A stretch of DNA of 15,619 bases from Candidatus Latescibacterota bacterium (GTDB taxonomy: Bacteria; Latescibacterota; UBA2968; UBA8231). Positions 1 to 7,524 of this stretch are shown here, one piece after another. The notes under the pieces were generated by a model. That model ran no database searches. It was given only the letters and a program-made list of their open reading frames with translations, and was not told the origin of the DNA. Each line of letters begins with the position of its first letter. The first letter of the stretch is position 1. The stretch is taken from contig CBDBIJ010000074.1 of NCBI GenBank assembly GCA_965205655.1, positions 1 to 15,619 of the forward strand, written 5' to 3'. The position numbers and the translations under genes were made by a program.

Positions 1-1204
1 GCCGTGCTGAACGTCAGATCCCGATTCCATTGCTCGTTGCCGCCTGGATCGGTCGTCAAGCTGTCCCCGTCCGGGGTGACGGCCCCAATGAGGTAGCGGT
101 AGGTGGTGGCAGGCGTCAGATCCGACAGGGTGATACTGTGGGTTCTGAGAATGTCAGCCGAAGTGAGTGAGATCGGGTAGGCATCAGAGGACGGCACCTC
201 GCCGTAGTCGATTGTCGCCAGCGCGATCTGATTGAACCGCACGTCGATCGTCGCTCTCTCGGCGCTGAGGATACGGGCTGGAGGTGTCAGAAGTCGCAGC
301 GGCTCCCGCTGTCGCCGAGTCCGAAAGCTCCCGGTCTTGACCACACTCGCGTCGTCCTCCGTCAGCATGCCAGCTGCGATGAGACCGTCGGCACCCACGA
401 GCCGGGAGGTGACGACGAACTCGTACTCCGTATCCGGTTCAAGCCCGCAGCAGAGGCGATGTGAAAGAGAGACCCCTGTCCCTCATCGAGTCGCGCTTCC
501 TCTATGTCGGGCTCCAGTCCGATTTCGTTGACCAACAAACGGGTGTCGCAGGCGCGGTTCGTGAACCAGTTCGCCACGGCCGTCGACGGCGTCGTCTGAA
601 TGTCGAGGTCGGTTCCCGTCACCTGCCGCAAGTCGGGCGCTGCCCTGGTGCGGAAGAATCCGGCGTGGAGCTCGCTGCGATTGTCCTGCAAGCTGACGGA
701 AAGAGCTTCGTATTCGTATTGAGTATCTGAGAGAAGCCCTGCCGTCGTGATCCGGTGCCGGCGAGACCGCAGAATGCGGTCGAACGCCTGAAGTGCCTCG
801 AGGAATCCCTCTTCGTACGGCGGGTCAATACCGCCAGCTGATAAGGCCGCTCTGAACGGATCGGTATCCCCGTCACCAACATCCACACCAGCGTCGATGA
901 GGAGGAGGGTGGCGTCGAGAATCAGTGAGGTCGTGCCCTGCAGGTCGGGGTTGACGGCAACCTGCCATTCTGGCGCGTCCGTCACCCGGTAGCGCAGGGT
1001 GTCATTGACTCCGGGGAAACGGCTTTCCCAGCTGATCGTGGCGGCGTCGTGCTGACGCACGACGTCGAAGTTGAAGATCCGGTTTGCCGCTGTGGCGTCC
1101 GTCGCCAGGCCGATTGTGAGCGAAACCACGAGCCGCCGCAACGCAGCGAGATTGACATGAGTCGTTTTCCCCCTCCAGATGGCCGAGCGCACCGTTTTCG
1201 TCAT
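1..1204 (-). CDS. Secreted multi-fibronectin type III (FN3) domain protein; 3' end beyond window start; one-base frameshift at ~444-446
   Basis: ORF 362..1231 has a signal-peptide-like stretch (LRRLVVSLTIGLATDATA) and FN3-like motifs (ATISWES, HRITTAGLLSDTQYEY...FFRT). Adding one G to the G run at 444-446 (- strand) gives AGLEPDTEYEFVV...GSFRT and a third unit HSITLSDLTPATTYRY...LTFST, open to position 1. The track's GTG start at 1231 lies inside the IS30 end; ATG at 1204 is the first host-encoded in-frame start. Confidence 0.75.
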
Positions 1205-1230
1205 CGTAGCATCAACTTTGAAGTGCAACA
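1205..1230. repeat. IS30 right inverted repeat
   Basis: cgtagcatcaactttgaagtgcaaca lies just downstream of the reconstructed transposase stop (TAA 1233-1235, - strand) and aligns with the reverse complement of 3792-3817. Confidence 0.75.
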
Positions 1231-1232
1231 CC

Positions 1233-1256
1233 TTAAGGATTGTAGCACTCCTCTGG
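1233..1256 (-). other. Detached native 3' tail of the IS30 transposase (PEECYNP*)
   Basis: Joining 2818 to 1262 on the - strand reads aaa cga ctc gga tat cta acc cca gag gag tgc tac aat cct taa = KRLGYLTPEECYNP*, the usual IS30 C-terminal PRKxLGxxTPxE motif. Confidence 0.9.
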
Positions 1257-1262
1257 GGTTAG

Positions 1263-2813
1263 CCTTGATTCGGCAAAAATCAGGCGACTTTTCGTAGAGC
1301 TGCGCTGATTTTTCGGAACTGTTTTTCGGCCTTCTTGTTGCGTTGCAGACGCAAAGTGGCTCGTCCTTCCGGGTGCATCAAGTGTCCGGCGCGGTTGAAC
1401 AGCTCGAAACGTAGCGTGCGCACGGATTTCAGGGCCCAGCGGGCGGTATTCTTCCTGGTTCGGTGGCGCTTTATTAGCCCGGATTCGATCTGGAAATTGG
1501 CTAGGAGATTGTGCGCCAGCACGACAAATTGTTGCCAGACGCTGTTGGCCCGGTAGTCATCCGTGGGAATGGCGTCGAAGGCCAGCCCCGTCTTGAGTTC
1601 GCCGATGGCTTTTTCGTGTAGGCCGCGACCACCCATGAAGCGCCAGAGCGATTTTGCATCGAAAGGTAGGTTGGTGGCCAGCGCGGAGTATTCCCAGGTG
1701 CCGTTATCCGGCTCGAACAGGTCCAACTGGTAATTCTTGCGCGTGGGATGCATCACCCGCTTGCGAAAGATGACCACGTTAAGGGTGCGTTTCCACTTGC
1801 CGACCTTGACCGAAGAAAAGAAGCCGTCGATGCCGTCTTCGACGCGCTGCCAACGACGACGTTGGCGGATCTGGGTTTGCAGGTCCAGGCAGCGCCAGAA
1901 CGGCACCTTGATAGCATACTGGGCGCGATGAGCATCCAGCGTCGCCATCACATCCTCTCTGAAAAAGGCGCCGTCCATGCGAAATCGCAGCCGGTATGAG
2001 CGCCCCAGGGTCTGTTCGATTTGCTCGAACACCGCCTGTAGAAATGGGATGGAGGAAGCGCCATCGTTGACGTTGCCCGGACGGTTGTGGAGCCGGAGAA
2101 AATGACCGCTGTCGGCCAGGTAAGCGGTGATGGGATAGTAACTGGGGACCTTGCGATGATGCGGGTTGTACCCACGGCAGGCACCGCCGACCTTGTGGCC
2201 GGTGCACAGCACCGTGCCATCGATGTCGATGCTCAGTGTGCGGGCCTTCAACAGACCGATCACCCCGGCGACGACATCGGCGTTGAGCGTTTTCAACGCC
2301 TCTTCGGCGCCCACCGTGAAGCGTTTGAGCCAGCGGCTGACACTGCCGTCGGTGGGCAGGTCTTTCAGACCGCAAAACCGCTGCAGCAAAGGATCTCCTT
2401 GCAAGAAGCCCAGATGTCGCAGTCGACGGCCACCCACCACCAGCAGACCGAGGAGCACCCGACACAGACCTACCATGCCGAAATCACTGCCCGGAACGAC
2501 GGCAGACAGGTGCCGACGCAATTGACGGTTCCATCCGATGCCGCGCAAATACCGGATCAACAGCTCCAAACCGGCATACGAAGTGAGGCCTTCGGCGGTG
2601 AATTCGACGGCCAAATTGTGGTTGACGCGCGTCCTCAAATCCGCTTTCTTTCGTCTCACGGTACGTGGCCTTTCGTTTTTGGTGAAAAGGGAGTATCGCC
2701 ACTTCCGAATAACCGGAACGAAAGGCCTTTTTGCTATGGGAGATTCTCAAATTCACCGCCGAATGGCGCGCACTGAACAGCCAAAATTTCACCGAGTTAA
2801 TGCCGAATCAAGG
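1263..2813 (-). mobile_element. IS1380-family insertion sequence, 1551 bp, apparently complete
   Basis: Perfect 13-bp TIRs ccttgattcggca (1263-1275) and tgccgaatcaagg (2801-2813). 4-bp direct repeat TTAG at 1259-1262 and 2814-2817. Single 459-aa transposase. Confidence 0.93.
1280..2659 (-). CDS. IS1380-family DDE transposase
   Basis: Motifs LTSYAGL, IDIDGT, YNPHH...YYP, LRFRMDGAF and RGLHEKAIGELK...N match IS1380-type transposases; 459 aa, uninterrupted. Confidence 0.92.
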   Translation of the reverse strand: MRRKKADLRTRVNHNLAVEFTAEGLTSYAGLELLIRYLRGIGWNRQLRRHLSAVVPGSDFGMVGLCRVLLGLLVVGGRRLRHLGFLQGDPLLQRFCGLKDLPTDGSVSRWLKRFTVGAEEALKTLNADVVAGVIGLLKARTLSIDIDGTVLCTGHKVGGACRGYNPHHRKVPSYYPITAYLADSGHFLRLHNRPGNVNDGASSIPFLQAVFEQIEQTLGRSYRLRFRMDGAFFREDVMATLDAHRAQYAIKVPFWRCLDLQTQIRQRRRWQRVEDGIDGFFSSVKVGKWKRTLNVVIFRKRVMHPTRKNYQLDLFEPDNGTWEYSALATNLPFDAKSLWRFMGGRGLHEKAIGELKTGLAFDAIPTDDYRANSVWQQFVVLAHNLLANFQIESGLIKRHRTRKNTARWALKSVRTLRFELFNRAGHLMHPEGRATLRLQRNKKAEKQFRKISAALRKVA

Positions 2814-3735
2814 TTAGATATCCGAGTCGTTTTCGTGGTCTTCGGTTGAGTTTTCGTGCGATGGCGTTGCAGTCGTACTGGGTGAGGTCGGCCATGCTTT
2901 TTTTCTTGGACAAGTACTGTCGAATGAGGCCATTGGTGTTCTCGTTGGTGCCTCGTTCCCAGGCGTGATGGGGATTGGCGAAGTAGAAGCGGGTATCGGT
3001 GACGCGCTCGATGTCGGCGTAGCTGTGGAATTCGGTTCCGTTGTCTGCGGTGATGGTGTGTACGGGTCGGGGTTGGCGGTGGATGAGCTGGAGAGTCCGT
3101 CGGCTGAGCTCGTCGGCCGTTCGCGCGTTGAGCTTTCCGATCTCGACGTACCCGGTCTTTCGTTCCACGAGGGTGACGACGCACGGCCTGCCGTCGCCGA
3201 GCATTGTGTCGGCCTCCCAGTGTCCGACGCGGGAGCGGTTGTCGGCCGCGGCGGGTCGGTCCTCGATCGGCCTCTTTCCGGCCAGTCGTCCTCGAGAGTC
3301 GTAGGTGCCGTGTCGCTTACGTCGTAGTTTGGTGGCGCCGCGCAGGTGCTGGTAGAGGGAGCCACCGCGTCGTTTGTCAGCCCAGACGTGACGATAAATG
3401 GTCTCGTGGCTGATCTCGAGGATTCGGTAGCGACGGAGCCATCCAGCGATCTGCTCGGGGCTCCAGTCGTTCTTGAGCAGTTCCTGGACGAGATCCCAGT
3501 CAGCGGTGGAGAGGCGGAAGTTCCGCCGCGAGTGCGACCGCCTGGTGCGCGCGTAGCCGTGCGCCTGCAAAGGCCGGTAGAATCCATCCGCTCGCCCGCG
3601 GTTGCGTTGGACCTCTCGATAGATCGAACTTGGATGCCGTCCAAGGGTCCGTGCGATCTCAGCCACGGTTACCTCTTTTCGTCTCAGTGCCCAAATGATG
3701 TATCGTTCTTCACAGGTGATCTGGTGATACGCCAA
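2797..3735 (-). CDS. IS30-family transposase; last 7 native residues replaced by LIRH encoded by the IS1380 end
   Basis: N-terminal HTH (IARTLGRHPSSIYREVQRN), WSPEQIAG, ISHETIY, DDE triad in GHWEADT / TITADNGTEF / WERGTNENTNGLIR, and LNRRPRKRLG. TTG start preceded by GGAGG. Confidence 0.93.
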   Translation of the reverse strand: MAYHQITCEERYIIWALRRKEVTVAEIARTLGRHPSSIYREVQRNRGRADGFYRPLQAHGYARTRRSHSRRNFRLSTADWDLVQELLKNDWSPEQIAGWLRRYRILEISHETIYRHVWADKRRGGSLYQHLRGATKLRRKRHGTYDSRGRLAGKRPIEDRPAAADNRSRVGHWEADTMLGDGRPCVVTLVERKTGYVEIGKLNARTADELSRRTLQLIHRQPRPVHTITADNGTEFHSYADIERVTDTRFYFANPHHAWERGTNENTNGLIRQYLSKKKSMADLTQYDCNAIARKLNRRPRKRLGYLTLIRH

Positions 3736-3791
3736 CGTAGCCTCCCTTCCTTTAGCCGGGTTAGGAGACTACAGTATCCCAGATCGCCTCT

Positions 3792-3817
3792 TATCGCACT
3801 TAGTATGTGAATTCGCG
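3792..3817. repeat. IS30 left inverted repeat
   Basis: Reverse complement cgcgaattcacatactaagtgcgata aligns with 1205-1230 and is followed by the AT duplication. Confidence 0.7.
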
Positions 3818-3886
3818 ATCATTAATATCGTCAGCGACGACGAGGACTCCGCGGACGACGAAACGTCCCGCGGCCTGAGGCGGAAA

Positions 3887-5462
3887 GTGAACGCGGAGAA
3901 AGAGGAAAGTCGGAGTCACGCTGCACCCGGTCCCGCGGCGTCTACAGAGGAAGGGGAGCTTTCCGTCGATAGAATCGCTGAGCTTCTCGGGCGCGTGGGC
4001 GAGGAAGGTCCACCCGATGTCGCCTGGGAGCTCAGCGTCCACGTCAACAGCCTGTCGGAAGCCGTCAGGGATCTGACCGTGCGAGTGGGCGCTCTGGAAG
4101 AGGAGAATCGCACCCTTCAGGACCGGCTCGCCAGCGGTCACAAGGAATACGCGCAGCTCAGAGAATCGATGGACGAGCTGCTCAATTTGCACGAGCTCTC
4201 GGAAGCAATCAGCACGAGCTTCAAAATCGCTGACATTCTCGAAGCTCTCATGGATCTGTCAGGTCGCGTCATCGGACTACGAGAGCTGCGGCGTCTTCGC
4301 CCTGGCAGAGGAGGGGAAGGGTCTGACTTCCATGGCGGTGCGGGGAGCGGGCTCTCGAGGGTCACCGGATACCGACGGGGCCGACAATAATCTTTCCTTT
4401 GACGTCCGCGTTCAGGCTCAGTGGGATGACGGAATAATCGACTGGGTGCTCAAGGAGGGGCGGCCGGTGGTGATAGACGACATGGAGTCGGTGCGAGCGG
4501 CGGCTCAAAAAAGTGGGCGCAGCTTCGTCATCATTCCCCTGATGGTCGGCGGCAAGGAGATCGGCGTGTTCACCCTATACTGCCGCAAGGCGAAAGACGA
4601 TTTCACGCTCGGCGAAATCGAGCTGCTCGGTGTGCTCGCCAACCAGACAGCGGCGGCCATCGAGAACTCTCGGCTCTACACCGATCTCGAGATTTCTCAC
4701 CAGCGACTCAAGGAGTCCCAGCGACAGCTGCTCATGTCCGCCAAGCAGGCCGCCATCGGCGAGCTGGCGGGGGGCGTCGCCCACGAGGTGAACAACCCGC
4801 TGCAGATCATCTTGAGCAGAGTGCAGCTGATGATCGCCCAGAGCAACACGGAAGAGAAGGTGACGGACGGGCTGCGTCTCATCGAGACGAACGTCCGACG
4901 CATCTCCAAGATCATCAGAGCCCTCCTCGGTTTCGCCAGTCACAATACCGCAAACGCCGAATGGATGGCGCTCGACATGCAGCAGGCCATCCTGCAAGCC
5001 TCCGAGCTCGTGAAGCACCAGCTCGACGCCCAGCTCATCGAGGTCGAGATCGACGTGCCCGATGATCTGCCCCCCATGCTGGGAAACATCGGCGAGCTGG
5101 AGCAGGTGTTCATCAACCTGATGCTCAACGCGCAAAACGCCATGCCCGATGGCGGCAGGCTGCAGATCAGCGCCCGCCGGGATGGCGGTCAGGTGGAAAT
5201 CCGCTTCAGAGACTCCGGAGAGGGGATTCGCGCCGAACATCTGGATCGCATCTTCGAACCTTTCTTCACCACCCGCGTCGGAGAGGGCGGTACGGGCCTC
5301 GGACTGGCGGTCAGCTACCGCATCGTAGATGCCCACGAAGGCACCATAACCGTGGACAGCGCGTCCGGCGAGGGCTCCACATTCATTGTCAGGATGCCGA
5401 TTCGCAAGGGCGAAGCTGTCACCGACAGCTCTGCAGACACCACACAATCCTTCGCCACATGA
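3887..5462 (+). CDS. Cytoplasmic GAF-domain sensor histidine kinase (coiled coil-GAF-HisKA-HATPase), ~524 aa, split by a +1 frameshift at ~4274
   Basis: Removing one G from atcGGactac (4274-4275) joins ORFs 3887..4390 and 4332..5462 as ...RVIDYESCGVFAL.... GAF motifs IIPLMVGGKEIGVF and LANQTAAAIENSRLY; H box AHEVNNPL; N box EQVFINLMLNA; G1 DSGEGI; F box IFEPFFTT; G2 GTGLGL. Confidence 0.9.
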
Positions 5463-6097
5463 TGCTTCCCTCGCCCCAGACAGTTCAACTCATTTTCATA
5501 GACGTTCTTTTCATCTGTCTTGCCGCCGGCATCTTTTTCTGGTTTCGCTCCTGGCTCAAGGGAGAGAGACGTCAGATCGACCGCAGACTCGACGCTCTCG
5601 AATCACATCGGGAAAGCCTCGAGCGGTTGGGAACCAGGCTGTTGTCGGCCAGCCGCAGCCTGGAAGGGATTCTCTCGGAGCGGCGATCGCCGGACGAGCG
5701 TCTCGGCGACGCTGTGTCTCCCCCTCAGCGCGGGCGGGTGACGACATCTGCACCGGCGGCTGATTGGGCGCAGAGGCTCTCGGAACTGCGCCGCGCAGCC
5801 GAAGCGACCGCGGGGGATGCCGCCTCGCGGGGCGGGACGGCATCGCCATCGCGCGCTCGGGACAGCGGCCCTCGCAGCAGGGTGTCTGGGGCAGAAGTCG
5901 ATCGACACTCGCGCAATCGCGCTGCAGATTCGCGCGGGTCGGAGACGGTGGCGCGTGGAAAGGAGCAGTACGGCTGGGCCCGGCAGCTTCTCGAGCAGGG
6001 CATGTCCGCCAGCGAGGTCGCCAGGAGAGTGGGGCTGGGTCTGGCCGAAGTCGAGGTCCTCAAACGAATGAACGACTACAGCGACGCTAACCCCTGA
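5459..6097 (+). CDS. Membrane-anchored hypothetical protein: N-terminal TM, coiled coil, low-complexity linker, C-terminal HTH-like tail (DUF6115/DUF2802-like)
   Basis: TM LIFIDVLFICLAAGIFFWF; heptad stretch IDRRLDALESHRESLERL; tail ARQLLEQGMSASEVARRVGLGLAEVEVL; ATGA overlap with the kinase stop. Confidence 0.7.
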   Translation: MMLPSPQTVQLIFIDVLFICLAAGIFFWFRSWLKGERRQIDRRLDALESHRESLERLGTRLLSASRSLEGILSERRSPDERLGDAVSPPQRGRVTTSAPAADWAQRLSELRRAAEATAGDAASRGGTASPSRARDSGPRSRVSGAEVDRHSRNRAADSRGSETVARGKEQYGWARQLLEQGMSASEVARRVGLGLAEVEVLKRMNDYSDANP

Positions 6098-6099
6098 AC

Positions 6100-7161
6100 T
6101 CAGCCGTCGATAATCTGCCCGAGATGGCGCACCAGCGTTTCGATCTCGTCATCGGTACCCACGCTAATCCTGATACAATCGCGCAAACGCGGCTCCTGAA
6201 AATAGCGCACGAGGACGCGTCGTAGTTTCAGCTCTTCGTACACCGTCTCCGCCGGGGGGTCGGCGATCCGAGCCAAGACGAAATTCGATTCAGAATCCCA
6301 TACGTCGAAACCCAGTCGGCGCAGCTCTGCGGTGAGAGACTGCCGGGACAGCCGCACTCGCTCCGCATTCGCTTTCATGGACTGCACGTCGTCGAGCGCC
6401 GCTTCAGCTGCGACCTGGGCCAAATGGCTGATATTGTAATGCTCCTTGGCCTTGCCGAGCCCGGTGATGAGCTCTGGGTCGGCGAAGCAGTATCCGATCC
6501 TCATGGCTGCCAAGGAGAAGGATTTTGACATAGTGCGCATGACGATCAGGTTGGAGAAGCGCTCGAGCAGGTGGATGCAGCCGCCATCGGTAAAGTCGAC
6601 GTAGGCCTCGTCGACGACGAGGACGCCGCCGAGGTTGGAGGCAACAGCGGCGATGGCTTCGCTGGACACCGAGGTTCCGGAAGGCGAATTTGGATTCGCG
6701 AGAATGGTCAGTGGCGCGTCGGCGTCGGCAAAATTTGCAGGGAGAGAGAAGTCCTCCTCGAAATCGCGCTTCACCAACGCGCCCCCCTGCAACTGGACGA
6801 GCTTCTCGTAGTACGGGTATGTGGGATGCGGCACGACGACGTTCTGCCCGACGGCTACGAAGCAGCGGACGGCGAGATTGAGCAGCTCATCGGAGCCATT
6901 GCCGACGAGAATTCGCTCCACCGGCAGGTCGAAAAGCCGGCTCAATCTGTGTTTGACACCGCTGGCGTCTGGATCGGGATACAGTCGGAGACCTTCGTCA
7001 CAGGCCTCGCGGAGGCGCTGCAAGACGGTCGAGGATGGAGGGTAGGGGTTTTCGTTCGTGTTGAGCTTGATGACCTCCCCATCATCCCGCGGCTGCTCCC
7101 CCGGCACGTACCCCTGCATGGCGTCGATGTGGGGAAGAACCTTTGGGGGGGAGGAGCTCAT
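6100..7161 (-). CDS. hisC: Histidinol-phosphate aminotransferase
   Basis: YVPGEQP, IKLNTNENPYPPS, LYPDP, GNGSDE, ANPNSPSG, VDEAYVDF, PLP-lysine motif RTMSKSFSLAAMRIGY, IRISVGT. Confidence 0.95.
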   Translation of the reverse strand: MSSSPPKVLPHIDAMQGYVPGEQPRDDGEVIKLNTNENPYPPSSTVLQRLREACDEGLRLYPDPDASGVKHRLSRLFDLPVERILVGNGSDELLNLAVRCFVAVGQNVVVPHPTYPYYEKLVQLQGGALVKRDFEEDFSLPANFADADAPLTILANPNSPSGTSVSSEAIAAVASNLGGVLVVDEAYVDFTDGGCIHLLERFSNLIVMRTMSKSFSLAAMRIGYCFADPELITGLGKAKEHYNISHLAQVAAEAALDDVQSMKANAERVRLSRQSLTAELRRLGFDVWDSESNFVLARIADPPAETVYEELKLRRVLVRYFQEPRLRDCIRISVGTDDEIETLVRHLGQIIDG

Positions 7162-7254
7162 TGCATTACCAGCGGTCGAGGATTGCTCATGTATCCCAAT
7201 AAGGGAACTCCGCGATAGCGATCAGGTCAACCTCTGTTGCAGGACGATAGCCAG

Positions 7255-7524
7255 ATGAACGTAGCGCTGACGAGCAGGGAGATCGAGCTCATCCTCGCGT
7301 GGAAGGGGAAGCCGTTCTGGCCCGATGAGGAGCGAGTGCTGGGGAAGCTGCGACGTGCACTTGAAAGCGAGGGGGGTGAGTTGGGGCTCAGCCGTCTTCA
7401 GATCGGAATAATCAACGGCTGGATCGAGGAGCAGGTCGCGAGCCACCGCGGCGGAGGAGATGCGATGAACCCGGAGGAGTCTCTGATTCTCGGCAAACTG
7501 CGGGCGGCTCTGGAGGGCGACTAG
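7255..7524 (+). CDS. Small hypothetical protein (89 aa) made of two similar halves
   Basis: ATG at 7255 after AGGA; fills the gap between hisC and rel; internal repeat PDEERVLGKLRRALE / PEESLILGKLRAALE; stop overlaps the rel stop (CTAG 7521-7524). Confidence 0.75.
   Translation: MNVALTSREIELILAWKGKPFWPDEERVLGKLRRALESEGGELGLSRLQIGIINGWIEEQVASHRGGGDAMNPEESLILGKLRAALEGD

Larger units (their letters stand above)
1205..3817 (-). mobile_element. IS30-family insertion sequence (1058 bp once the nested IS1380 and one TTAG copy are removed), interrupted by IS1380
   Basis: Imperfect 26-bp inverted ends 1205-1230 and 3792-3817 (14/26 identical, shared AAGTGC box). Flanked by AT at 1203-1204 and 3818-3819; a 2-bp duplication is typical of IS30. 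Contains an IS30 DDE transposase. Confidence 0.85.

Noticed and set aside
3830..3875. Possible hammerhead ribozyme or hairpin (gacgag...cgaaac; ccgcggacg/cgtcccgcgg)
   Set aside because: The required CUGANGA core is absent; only an imperfect GC hairpin remains.
3800..4192. 130-aa - strand ORF as the lost 5' part of the FN3 gene
   Set aside because: After removing the IS it joins in a different frame from the FN3 ORF, and it is antisense to the kinase N-terminus.
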